Shown here: piece by piece, positions 50,478 to 62,724 of the stretch
How positions within the stretch are numbered: position 1 is the stretch's first letter
Layout of the letters: the number at the start of each line of letters is the position of its first letter
Source of the DNA: Sphaerodactylus townsendi
Taxonomy: Eukaryota
Direction: 5' to 3'
Length of the DNA: 64,000 bases
Assembly (NCBI RefSeq): GCF_021028975.2
Contig: NC_059425.1
Span: 121,644,001-121,708,000, forward strand
Program-made: the position numbers and the translations under genes
The notes under the pieces: generated by a model
The model's database searches: none
What the model saw: only the letters and a program-made list of their open reading frames with translations
What the model was told of the DNA's origin: nothing

Positions 50478-50720
50478 ACATAAGAAGAGCCCTGCTGGAT
50501 CAAACCAGTTGTCCAGTTAGTCCAGCGTACTGTTTCACACAGTGGCCAACAGCAGAGCCCTGAGGCAGAGGTTATCTCCTGGCACTGGTAGTCAGATATT
50601 TACTGTGTCTAAATATGAATGTTCCCTCACCATGGCAAGTAGATATTTATTTATTGATTGATTGATTTTCTATACTGCCCCATCCCCGGGGGGCTCTGGG
50701 CAGTGACCTATCCTCCATGA
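50478..50720 (-). mobile_element. CR1 3' end fragment containing an L2-type tail fragment
   Basis: ACATAAGAAGAGCCCTGCTGGATCAAACC is the reverse complement of a CR1 terminus like that at 4860-4893. Confidence 0.65.
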
Positions 50721-51227
50721 ATTCCCATGTCAGACGACCTGTTGTTTTTCTTTCTACCTGTGGCAATTATGAACTAATCAGAATCTATCACTTAGGGCTG
50801 AGTTGCATGTTAGATAGGTACATATGTGATCGAAGCCCAATAGTTGTTTCCCCCAGTTTGGAAACAAATGTGGCCAGATGTGAGAAGCCGATATTACTTC
50901 CTGCTAACCACATATGTGACTTCCTGCTAACCATGGTGGCAAGTGCAATGTCATATAATGTGCTAAGAACCCCCACAACATGAATCTGTGTTTAGTATCC
51001 TGCTGCTCTGCATCACCTAACAGGATATGGCAACTTTAGCCGAGGCTACACCTTGAAAATAGTGTTGGGAAAGCACCTATTTCCTCCCTTGCTGACCCAC
51101 AGGAACTACAAGAGAAAGTTGAGCCACCACTATTTTGCTGGTAAGTAAATAATAACTATTGCTGCAATGTAATCCTTTTAGAGTTTTGTTTGCAGACATT
51201 TGTTGAAATTTATGAAATGTTATATTA

Positions 51228-52158
51228 CTATACTCTTTTCCACAAAAAGATGACAGTAAATTTGTATATCTATCTGCCATTTCCTGGACCTCCTTTATAG
51301 TAGAATCCTCCGCAGGGGTTCTAGTGCTAGGCACTAGGTAGGACCTCTGTGAAGAAATGGCTCCTCCCCCTCTTCTTCCCTTCTCCAAGCAGGTATCATA
51401 GATTTTGAGGACTTAAAAATGCTAGAGGGACATCAGGAAGAGCTACCTGACCTAGGGGTAAAAGATATGTAAACCCAGCCTGACACTGAGAGAGGGGTGG
51501 GCCTGGGGAACTGATAAAACTCCTGGGAACAGTGAGGGGAGGTCTCTTTTAGCTGGGCCACTGAAGGAAGCACAGGACGTGCCTGGACTCTGGAGAAAGC
51601 AGCCATTTTGGGGACCATGTGCTTGCCCAGGGAAATGACCCAGTCTTCCAGGCAACTAAAACATACTTGTAATAATTCTATTTTTAATAAATACTGTTCA
51701 ACCTTAGATGTGGGGAACAGTTCTCTGTGCCACCTAGGTCTCTGCCATTGTGGATGCGCTATTGGAATAGGAGGGCACCAGGAGGAAGGCTAGCAGTTGG
51801 CAAGCAAATGTTCCTCTGGGGCATCCAATATGCCCTGTGGAACCCAGTAGAAGGGAACCAGGGGAAACTGAGGCTAGGCCTCAGAGTTGGAAAGGAGGCT
51901 GGGGAGCCCTGACCCTCCCCAGTGGGAAGTTCCTCAAATGGTCAGGTGATGGCAGCGGTTTACCCAGAAAGAGAAAACAAATCCTTTCCAGGGAAAGGTG
52001 GTAATCCCTGGTAGAGGCTTGGGGTGGAATAGGGCCTGCCAGGCAAAGCGGGCCTGTTCTGTCACAACCTCCATGGAGCATTGTACTTTAAAGAAGATCC
52101 AGGAAACAGCGGATTAATATACAAATTTACTGTCATCTTTTTGTAGAAAAGAGTATAG
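51228..52158. mobile_element. ~930-bp unclassified DNA-transposon-like element with ~84-bp TIRs
   Basis: CTATACTCTTTTCCACAAAAAGATGACAGTAAATTTGTATAT... vs ...ATATACAAATTTACTGTCATCTTTTTGTAGAAAAGAGTATAG; TA or TATA may be the TSD. Confidence 0.8.
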
Positions 52159-53514
52159 GCATTAATTGCTGCACATGACTTTTCCAGCTTACTCTCTCCC
52201 TTTTTATTATTCTGCTTAAACACTTTTTGCAATTGTAAAGATACATGGCAACACAGAAGACTTCATTGTACGAGCTTCAGTTTCTGAACCCAAAATTCTG
52301 TGTGCCCCCCTCCCCAAGACTTTTGGGAATGCATTTTGTTTGTTCTAGTTCATTGAACTAATTTCAAAGGCATTCTGACGGGTACATAATTTTCCTTTAT
52401 CATCCCATGTAGGACGAAGACATCAAGTAATTGTGGAGTCTTCATAGAATTTATGCTACAAGTAATTATGATTTCTTTGCTGACTTCTGTGTGACCCTTT
52501 CTTTCTCTTAGATTGGCTTTGTCCTTTCTTACTTTAGGACAAAAGAGCTTTTGTCTGACTGAATTTATCTAGCAACTGTAACTGTTCAGCAAATGCTGTC
52601 TGCCAGGAGAATACGTGGGCATTAGGGCAGGCATTCCTTCCTTTCAGAAGCAAACACCTCACGGGAGCTGCCAGGCTTTGTTATACTGGCTGAACTGTAA
52701 TTATAACCCTGAAAGATGGATGATTCTGTAACCATAATAACAACCACGGCCTTTGAACAAGATTCTCTGTTCCAGAAAAAAAGGGAAGGCGTAACACCAC
52801 ATTCTTCCCTTTTTTCCTCAATTTGCTTCTACAGGTGGGGGTTTGTATTAATTTTCTTTAAAGCCATTCTTAAGTTTTGCTGTACTGCATCACTTGCTTA
52901 TTCTTTGCTGACCACCACATTGCCATGCGTTACAGCTGTCATAGGGGAAACCATTCAAAATATAACTGGCCTTGAAAATTAGCATTTTGACTGACATGCC
53001 TATTTTCCTGACTGGAAATCAAACTGGTGGGTCAGACTTTGGAATTCATTCTCTGGATCTCAGGAAGGAAGGTTAAAACCTCAGGTCTGTCAACCAGCCC
53101 ATGTATGAGAGCCTCTTTTGAAACTTCTGTGCAAGAGGAACCCACACATTGTGGCTGTTCTGGGGAGTCAAGTGTTGTTTTCTATTAGCCACCCCCACTA
53201 CAATGTTACTTTTAACTGTAAGATAATTCTGAAACTAAATAATGGACAATATATATTAACAGAAAAAGGTAGAGAGAAGGGAGAGGGTTTCCCTGTACTG
53301 GGAAGGCACATCAGAAACTCCATCAAACATGGTCAACCCCCCACTCCATCCCAGGATCACAATAGTTATGAAAAGTCCCCCAAAGTCCAAGAAAAGTCAA
53401 TAGAAAAGGTGGAGAGGAAGAAAAACAGGGCAGGAGAGAAAGTGAAAAATGGACAGACCCCTTTGTCTGGACAGACAAAAATGGACAGACCCCTCAGGGG
53501 CTCACTGCTTAGAG

Positions 53515-53638
53515 CTGTGGTGGCAAACCTATGGCACTCTAGATGTTAATGGACTACAATTCCCATCACCCCCTGCCAGCAGGCTGATGAGAATTGTAGT
53601 CCCTGAACATCTGGAGTGCCATAGGTTCGTCACTACTG
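53515..53638. mobile_element. 124-bp hairpin MITE, same terminus type as 32693
   Basis: Palindromic; perfect TSD GCTTAGAG. Confidence 0.9.
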
Positions 53639-54249
53639 GCTTAGAGGGTTGGATCTTTCCCCACATTGCTAGGGAGAGAATGCCAGAGTGTCAGCCATAT
53701 GACATAAAAAGAGATCCATCTTGTCCACGTGGTTAGTATCAAACTAGGAGTGCAGATTGAAGTCCCATTCAGTGATGAAACTCCCTGGCCCATTCTATCT
53801 AAGCTAAGCCTTGTAAAGGATTAATAAACACTGCAAGTTATTTGATAAATTAAAGGAAAGAAGAAAGCCTTTGGAAATGATTAACTTGGTTGTGCCTGCC
53901 CACATTTACAGCTTCCTTACGGAACAGTCCCAACTGGCATGAGAAAGTACCATCATTAGTTTGACAATTCAGTGTGACATCAGCAGGGTGACATCAGCCC
54001 ATGAGTCTCATGATTTGGGATGCTGGATACCCAGGTTCCTTCCACACTAGGTGTTAGATCTTTCCTGGGTGCTAAAGAGAAGTAGGTTTCCAAGTCCCAT
54101 TTCCATATAGCACCATGGTGGTTTTGTAACCTTTGGCTTTCCCCCCAGCTTCACTACAATCTCTTCTAAACCAGCTTTATTACAATCATTTTGCAGCGAT
54201 CACAACAAAGCCATGCAGCTGCCTTAGTGACAGGAAAGTCTGGATTCAA

Positions 54250-54780
54250 CATGCTTAGCATAAGCTTAAGCATTTACTGTCATTGTGCATGCACAACGAA
54301 ATTTACAGCAGCATTCCTCGATGCACACAATTTCAGACTCATACATCATACTCATACAATTTCAGACTCATACATCATCCTCACTTCCCCCTTCCTCCAC
54401 CCATCCCTACACAGCCCCAAACACATCAACAGGAAGCCGCAGAGTTTAGCATAGCCACAGCTCTGGAGTAGAAGCTGTCTCTAAACCTCTTTGTCCTAGA
54501 TTTGATAGTCCTGTATCGTCTACCAGATGGTAACAGTTCAAAAAGAGAGTGTGCTGGATGAGACGGGTCCCTCAGAATATTTTGGGCTTTTTTAAGGCTT
54601 CGGGAATTATAGAGTTCTTCCAAGGAGGAGAGAGGGCAGCCGATAATCCTCTGTGCAATAGGAATCACTCTTTGGAGCGCCTTCCTATCTGCCACTGTGC
54701 AACTGGAGAACCATACACAGATGCAGTAGGTTAAGACACTCTCTATAGCACAGCGGTAAAAGGACACCAGGAGTTTTCCA
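54250..54780 (-). mobile_element. Rex1/Babar-like LINE 3' fragment
   Basis: FYRCAIESVLTYCICVWF...RKALQRV...DPSHPAHSLFELLPSGRRYR...SFY; 3' end AAATTTCGTTGTGC..GCACAATGAC followed by short repeats. Confidence 0.8.
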
Positions 54781-55554
54781 TCTTCCCCAATCCCACCTAA
54801 ATTAGTACCATGTTCCCTTGTGTGCCACCAAAAAGCATTTTCACTTTAAAAAATCAGTAGTTTTGTAACCCTATGTCAATTACTAGTTTAAAAAATACTA
54901 AAAAGTGCTCAGGTGATGGGCAGAATGGCCACTGTGAGGGACAGGGTAGGGGGAAATGCAAAGAAACCTGGTGTGAGGATACTTTCCTCTGTGAATGTCT
55001 TTGCAATTGCAGCAGCAAGAGACCCATAAATCATGGGGAAATAACCCTAGCAATTCTGTGCAACAGTTATAACTTTGCTAAAAGTTAATATATTACTATT
55101 AAATAAATCTAATAATGGGCAGTAGATTTAGAGAGAGCTAGACAGAGGGTTACATGTCCTCTGTGGTTGGCAGTCCTTTGCTCAGCTTCAGCTGGTAAGA
55201 TAGCTGGTTTCTTTCCTGGACAGCCAGAATTGGTCACAGTGATCACATCTGGATGAAGTCTTCTGAGCAGCCCCTGCTGTTTGTGCCTCCACCTTCAGAA
55301 GTGAGGCAGATGATCACCAGAGAAGAGCTTCTTTGCATCAGTATCTTGACTTTAGAATTCCCTTCCCACAGCCATTCACTTGGTATCTGTCCTGAGTAGC
55401 TTTAGTAGCTGGGTAAAAAATGTTTTTGCAATCAAGTGAACATTATTGTGACTGAACTCTTTTTGTGAGTTCTATCCTCTTACATCTAACTTCTATTCCT
55501 CATTGTGATGATGCTACAATATTTTACGATGCTAGAAAGCTGCTTACTTTACAG

Positions 55555-55700
55555 AGGATTGTTTTTATTTTGTCTTCACAACCCCCTTTGAGAAGTATGT
55601 TAGGCTGAGAGAGTGACTGGCTCCAGGGCAACCAGTAAACTTCATGGGAATAAGGATTTGAACCCAGGTCTCCCTCCACTGCACTATACACCCACTGTAG
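55555..55700 (-). mobile_element. Older tRNA-derived SINE
   Basis: Minus strand GGAGACCTGGGTTCAAATCC B-box; AGTCACTCTCTCAGCCTAAC...GGTTGTGAAGA body. Confidence 0.6.
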
Positions 55701-56045
55701 CTCTATGACTTGTAGAGGCACAACCATTTGTGCCTCTGGAAATCATTCCTCTGGGCCAAGTCCAAAATGGAAACAAGTACCCCTGCTTCTTCTCATCCTG
55801 GCCCATAAACAGTGTCTTGTTCCCCACGGGTAGCTGTCTCAACTCAGATATATACTCTAAACTGGCAGGCCCGGCCACGCATTGCTGTGGCAATTGTCCT
55901 TCTCATCACAGTCCGCAACCCACACAGATGTCCATGCAGGTCCAGTGATCCCCAGCATAGCCTTTTGGGGTGGTCAAATGGAATCCATCTTTCCCTTTTC
56001 AATGCACATTGTTATATGGTGGTGTCTTGTTTTTTTAGTATAAGG

Positions 56046-56683
56046 CAGGGGTCCCCAAACTACGGCCCGGGGGCCAAATGTGGCCCCCTGAAGGCATTTA
56101 TCCGGCCCACCAGGCATGGCAGCGATGGCTCCATTCATGTGCAGTGGGGGCTCGAGGGAGAGGAGGAACTGGCCCCAACGGCCATTGATTGCAGTTACAT
56201 GATGGCACCCCCAAATCTCCATGCATTTTCTGACCCAGAGTTGGAAACCTTACATGTGGCAACACCTGCTCCGCCCTTCCCTCTCGGCTACTCCATGTGT
56301 TGCTCTCAGGTTTTCTGTTCCGCCTCACTCCCATTGGCATCAGCAGGCTGGCGAATCGCTCGCTGGCTGCTAGGGAGGAAAGAACCCAGGAAGATACCTG
56401 ATCCTGGGTTAGATGGAATGCTTCAGTGGGAAAGTTCTGCTTTTTTTTTTACAGGGGAAGGTATTCCACAGCCTCCCCAACAATATTTGGAGCCCACCCT
56501 GTACTTGACATACTTTGGTCACTGTTCTAAAAATAGACCATGACAGAAAGGCTGAAAGGTGAAATCGAACATTTTACAATCATTTGTGCATAGGAATTTG
56601 TTCATAGGTTTTTTTAGTCCGGCCCTCCAACAGTCTGAGGGACAGTGAACTGGCCCCCTGTTTAAAAAGTTTGGGGACCCCTG
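56046..56683 (+). mobile_element. 638-bp non-autonomous hAT (OC1-like ends), inverted copy of 16997-17635
   Basis: TIR CAGGGGTCCCCAAAC; perfect 8-bp TSD GTATAAGG. Confidence 0.95.
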
Positions 56684-57479
56684 GTATAAGGTAACCCTTT
56701 CCATTCCACAACAGAACTGTCCAGAGTGCGAATCCCGCTGTCCATGAGGCTGGTTGACACACACAGCCCTGGCTTGGGTAAGGCAGAACTGGGGCAAGCA
56801 GGCTATCCCAGTCAGGCAGCAGAGGCAGGGTGGTGAAGCGCTCAGATCGAGGCCAGCTCCGTGGGTTTTTAAAGGGCCACATGCAAAAGAAGCGGAGCCA
56901 GTAGTGTTGGTTCGCCCCCACCCCGCAGATTTTCTTAGAAGAAAAAGGCAAACTCCAGCTGGCTTTTAGTAAAAGAGAGCTGTGGCGAATATGGGTAAGG
57001 AAGTGGGTAAGTGGTGGTTGGATGTGAGGGAGGGCAGAGTGAGGTGTGTGAGGATGAGCTGGATGTGTATTGTGTGGTAGCAGTGGGTGAGGCACAGAGA
57101 GTGAAAGTTACCTGCGTGTGTGTGTGTGTGGGGGGGGACCCTACCTGACGTCTCACATGGCAAAGTGTGTATGTGTTTCACTTCCACTCCTATTACCTGT
57201 TTACCTGTTAGATTTATATATAGAGAGATTGTTGCAAACATATTATAGGGTTCATGAGGCGGGCCTTGCTTTGAAAACAAATTCACCCCACGCACAACAG
57301 TCCAAGGATTAAGAAACGTATTTGTGTCATAAGCCCTGATGAGCCACAGTTCATTTCCTCAGACGATTGGTTTCTCTCTCTCTCTCTCCCCCCCCCCTCC
57401 ATTTTCCGTCTCTGAAACTCTACAGATTGATTAACTATTATATGTAGTATCCTGGTGAGGGGGCTTGCAGTTTAGGCCA

Positions 57480-58260
57480 CCTGCCCGCCCAGACTCTGTC
57501 CCTCCAAGGCAGCGCTCCACCCTTCCCACTCCGAAGCATGATCCACGAGAAACGGTTCAGGAGCCGGGCAAAAATCCCTCCCGCGTCCCTTGCCGGGAGT
57601 GGCCGAGAGGCGGCGGGTCGTCGGAGGTTTCCCTCCTTGGCGGCTGCAGCCGGAGGGGGCCGGGCCTCCCCTCGCCTCCCCTCCCGCCAGCCTCAAAGTT
57701 TGCCAGCGAACTGCAGCTGGACTCCGCGGGGCCTCCCTCAGCGCCTGTCCCGGCGTGTGCCCTTCGGCGAGACACGTGTCCGGACGCGGCGGCAGCAACA
57801 GCAGCACGGAGAGCCGCCCACCGCCTGCCCGGGGGTTTGGGGTTCCCAAGGTGGCTGCTGTCAGGATGAGCCTCGCTGCCCCCTGCTGCGCGGCCAAGGA
57901 GAGGCGACCGGGCAAGGGCTGCGCTTTCCGCCTCTGCCTGCTCTCGGCCACGCTCCTCCTGTGCCTGCAGCTGCTACTCAGGCGCTCCTGGGACTCCGCC
58001 GACGCCGAGCTCGACGGAGCGGACACCGGAGCGGACAAGCCCGCTGCCGGCCGCAGCCGAGTCGAGAAGGCCAACAAGGCGGAGGCTGCTGCGGCCAGCA
58101 GGAGGAGGCGAGTTACCTACGTGCGAAGCAGCCGCCGGGGGAGCGCCGTAGGCCCCACCTGTTGCCTCCAGGCGGCGCTGCCGCGCACCAGCCGCAAGAA
58201 GGTGAGGAGGTGGCGCCGCGTGGGGATTGACGGCTCTTCTTGCCTCCTATGGACAGCTTG
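57480..58260 (+). promoter_or_regulatory. CpG island / METTL24 promoter and first exon
   Basis: Very high GC and CpG density surrounding the ATG at 57866. Confidence 0.85.
57866..58201 (+). CDS. METTL24: Methyltransferase-like protein 24, exon 1 (112 codons; gene continues beyond the window)
   Basis: AGGATGA start; ERRPGKGC..RLCLLSATLLLCLQLLL hydrophobic signal/anchor, SRRRRVTYVRSSRR and CC...RKK match the METTL24 N-terminus as I recall it; donor AAG|gtgagg; synteny SLC22A16-DDO-METTL24. Confidence 0.88.
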
Positions 58261-58441
58261 TGGGGGTTTGGAGTTGGCCTTCCGTGCCTTCAGGTTCAGC
58301 TGGCATCGGCAACCAGGCTGTCCAAGAGTGCCTCTGCAAGCGTGTGCTTGACTCTTGGACCCTGAGACGACAGTTCATGCGTTTCGATTAAGCTTGTGCT
58401 GACAGCCTTTCGAAGCTGTGCGGTAGCCTATGTCGCCTGTG

Positions 58442-58991
58442 CAGAGGTGAAGCTACAGGGGGGCCAGGGAGTGCGCATTGCACCAGGTGTGTGCCTGTGG
58501 GGGGACGTAAAAAATCAGGCTTGTAGTTTTTGTATTTTTAGTGTTTTTTCAGTTTTTGGCCTGTGGGGGCGAAGTTTTTAGGCTAGTCGCGCCAAACTTT
58601 CAGAGTACCTTTAGGAGACTCTCCTGATGATACCACGCAGGTTTGGTGAGGTTTGGTTCAGGGGGTCCAAAGTTATGGATCCTCAAAGGTGTAGCCCCCA
58701 TCTTCTATTAGCTCCCATTGGAAACAATGGGGGATGGGGGCACCCACTTTGGGAGTCCATAACTTTGGACCCCTGAACCAAACTTTACCAAACATGGGTG
58801 GTATCATCAGGAGAGTCTCCTAAAGATATCCTGAAATTTTGGTGCTGCTATCCTAAGAACTGCACCACCCACAGGCCAAAAACCGGAAAAAACTTGAAAA
58901 ATACAGCAAACAAATGAACATGGGGGGGGGGGGGGGGGGGGGCAAAACTCAGATTTTGCACTGGCCTCCATTTTCCCTAACTACGCCTCTG
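58442..58991. mobile_element. 550-bp non-autonomous hAT-type element with long internal palindrome
   Basis: CAGAGGTGAAG...CTACGCCTCTG termini; TSD CGCCTGTG / CACCTGTG (7/8); internal inverted repeat ~58530-58905. Confidence 0.8.
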
Positions 58992-61900
58992 CACCTGTGC
59001 TGCTGGCTGTAGCAAAAGTGGGAGGGGGTTACTTGAAGTAAGGGCCATAGGTTACCTTCCATGAAGGCTTCTTCAGGAAAAAAGGGACATCTGCTGAGCT
59101 TGCTTTTTATACCCTTGGCCAACCATGCACTGAGATGTTTAATGGGGCTGCCGAGGTCCGCATCAAACTTTCTGAAATGAAAAGGGAAGCTGTAAGGTCT
59201 CAAGGAGAGTTTCTGAGAACTGCTGAATTGGCAGAAATATGGGATACAAGAGAAAAACATTCTGAAATAAGGGGCATTTCTTCCGTAATAAACGTAAGGC
59301 ACTTTCAGTCCAATGTTACATATTTATACTCGGAAGTAAAGTATTCTGTGTCCTGAGAGGTTTAACTTCAGGTCAGTTTGCATAGAAAATTGGCTTTAGT
59401 ATGAAGTAAGTAAGCCCTGCTGAAAGGAGTGGGACGTAGAATTGCATGGCACAAGTTCTAGGCTGTTGACTTGGTTCAGTTGTAGACTAGCATTGCTATA
59501 TCTTGTTGTTGTGCATGTGGTGTGTATTTGTGTACAATGAGGTTCAGTTTGGCTTGGGAATGTGTACCTGTTGCTGAATGGGCTGCGTGCAAGGTTCACT
59601 GACCCAAAGAGGTCACAACAGGCACAGTAGACTGTAGGCTGAAAGTGTGGCCCTATTTTGAACGATCCTGGTTGAAGTAGTACAAGACTGTTGTGACTCT
59701 AAAAGAGCAGAGTTCAGATCTGGTTTATTGACTCCAAGCATTTGAGCCTGGCTCAGTTTAAAACTGCAGTAGAGCCAATTAAAACTGGAGGGTTTTTTTC
59801 TGAGTGAACTGGATCCAGCTGCAAAGATGTGAACTAGACCTAACTATCCGTGTACTTCCGGGAAAGGTTTCCGGATTTGAGTTCTGAATCTTGCCATCAA
59901 GTCTCTTTTGGATTATTACTCTGAAACAATAGTTGGTGACATTAACTGTCTTTTGAAAATGCAGCAGACGTTCCCTGAAGTAGTGCTGAAGGAAAAGCTG
60001 TGCAGCCTTTAATTTCAAATGGCTTATTTTATTACTCCTTTTCTTCCTTTAATCCCAATGAAGTCTTTTAAAAAGCCCAAAATTACATGAATGGTAATAG
60101 CATGTCTCAGCAGTAGTACTTTGCTGGTCCCCCCCCCCCCCCCAAAAAAAAAAAAATGGATGCTTGTGAATCTTTTTTTGGTTTTGTTTAAAATGAGAGG
60201 AAAAGATGCAGTTGTAGTTTGAAAGTTAAGAAAAAAACGAAACATACTTTCTTGTTCTTTTAGGAAAACAGTAGCATAGCCAGCAAGGTTTTCAAAGGTT
60301 GTGCACATAATGGAAAAGTAAGGAGTTCCCCCCCCCCCACCCCGTTTCAGCATATACAGATTTTGTAGAAGTGCTCTGTTTTTCTCACACTGTGCTCAAA
60401 CTTATTTATGCTGAGAACACTAACAGAATTGGAGTGGCCAGGTACTGTGACTTTAGGCCACTGGCACCTGCAAGGATAACTAAGAAAAACCTTGGGGAGT
60501 TCTTCCTCAAATATTGTCCAATTAAAAGAGCAGACTGAGAGATTTTCGTGTTTGCAATAAAAAGCTGCTGTTTTATTGAAAGTTGTTTTCAACACTAAAC
60601 AATCGAATCCCAGGAGCACCAGCCTCATCCTGGTATAAAAGTGAAACAATCCCGGACTTTAAATATTATACAGGAAGCCTACATTTATTTTCAAAGCAAC
60701 CAAGCAAGGGGGAAAAGTACTGATCTTTTCATTATATCTTAAAGCACTTTCATTTGCAGTTAATAGACCAGAAAGTACTGATTATAACATGGTTCAGGAT
60801 AGCGATGTCTCTAGCAAGCTTACTAGGTTAATGATTGCACAGCATAGCCTTGATCTTTGCTTACTTACCTTACAAAATTAGTCTTGCTTCCTGAGTTCTT
60901 GATCAGCATCTGGGGAATGTTATCTTTCAGAAAGGCATTACAGCTGACGTGCTTTAATTATAATCACCTAGCAAAATGTCATCAAATTTGACAAGCTGTG
61001 GATGGTTGAGTGCCGTTGCTTCCCCCACCGATGTTCCTTCTTTCTTCGCCCTCTTCTCTGTCTGTTTTCTGCAGCCCACTTCTTGGATCTGGCTTCTCTA
61101 GCCTGAATCCCACATGAAGAGGTTCACAATAACTCCCAAAGGGCATGCAAAGCTCAGAAGGGGAAGAGGAGGATGTCATGCCCAGTGTGTGCATTAACAA
61201 TGGCCCTCCCAGCATCGGTGCCATTCAGCAGATCACCCACTGTGCCAAGGATGCCCCCTCACCACTCCTCATGGTGGGCTGTTGGATGGGGCCATGCAGT
61301 GTCTCAGTCAGGTACTTCAGCAGCCTACGTACCTATCTTTTCCCCACATTCCTGGTGATGGCATGGTGCCCAGCTGCACCAGAGGCTGATAGCTCTTCCA
61401 TCCACTGCTGACCCCTGGAGAAGGCATTCCACCACTCTCAATGGTTATCTAGCTACTCACATTTGATCGCTGCCCCCATGGATTATAGGGGTGGTGGTAG
61501 GCTGAGACAGGCATGAGCCCCATGCCCGGGGACTTGGCAAGGGGCCAGCATCCCTAGTATCACCTGGGAAATCAGCAGTCATGACACCTAGCTCAGGGGG
61601 GTTGGAGCTTCCCTTCTCTCCCGTTTTCTCAGTCTCCACCACCCAACTTTGCTGTCATCTGACAATGTCAAATCTACCTATTGCATGGGTTAGAGTAGAC
61701 CTCAGCAGTAGGCTGCAGTGACTCCAAGTTGCCCATTGACTGCAGCATGACTGACCTGGCTGTCTCAGTTCACTTTGCTGGGGTTAGGTCATGAAGGTGG
61801 TTTATGGCATCCTCTGTAAATGTCAGAGAGAATGGCTTGGGAAACAGGGAATGGACCATCAGGCCAAGAGATAATTCCTCCTGTAATGGCACCAGCTGCC

Positions 61901-62724
61901 CTAGTGTCTTCTCACCTTTGCTAGCCCCTGCCTCTGCCACCCATGGGCCAGGTAGTTGCAGAACCCCTGTAACTTCCTACTCAATATCTCGAATTCATAT
62001 GTGCCTGCTATTACAGGTGGTATCACCACTCTCATGATGATCTCCGCTCTGGGCAACCTTTATCCACTGCCTGAGGAACAAACTCAGCCATGAGGACGTG
62101 CACCCATTTCTGAGCACATCCAAAGAAGTATTTTCAGTGCTTTAGAGTGGACAGCTGTCAGAGTGGTTTGGCCCAGGGTTGAGATCTGCTGTGCTGCCAC
62201 AGAGCTGTGCAGGTGCAGAACCCCTCCTGTTGGTCGTGGGGGCTATTCTTGCTTGATCCACCACCAACCCATACAGCAGCAGCTTCTCTGCCTTGGTCCA
62301 GTTTGGCTGGTGGTAACCATCACTGCCACCAGTTGATATCATTACCATGAGACCACACACTGGGGGATCAGGGGTGAGCCCCTGGTCCCACCCTGTCCCC
62401 CGGTTTCCATGATGGCCACCTGCTGTCAGGAGGCAGAGTTCTCACTACTAGACATGCATGGTCATTGAGCAGTTATTTGGGCAGCTGAAGATGTGATTCT
62501 GTTGCCTCCACCACATGGATGGGTGCCAGGCAACTCAGTTCCTGGCGGTTGCCAAACTCTTTGCATTATGTGCTATGGTTCACAACCTGGCCATGGACCA
62601 CTGCTTGCCTCTCTACCCTTTCTAGGAGCCGTTGCAGGTGGGCCCTGGATCAGGACAGGGAAACTGCAGAGTTAGAAGAGGTGGCAGCAAAGGGTACTTA
62701 TTGAGCATCAGTAGATTCACTAAC

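Noticed and set aside
55812-56543. 243-aa ORF, and matching ORFs at 17137-17641 (-)
   Set aside because: They run through the non-autonomous hAT copies; the frame differs between copies and there is no recognisable domain.
6591-58201. SLC22A16-DDO-METTL24 as a novel functional cluster
   Set aside because: Same order and orientation as the known human locus; ordinary conserved synteny with no sequence evidence of co-regulation.
57465-58351. Several long overlapping ORFs (134-253 aa) on both strands
   Set aside because: Stop-poor CpG island; only 57866-58201 matches a protein (METTL24) and ends at a splice donor.
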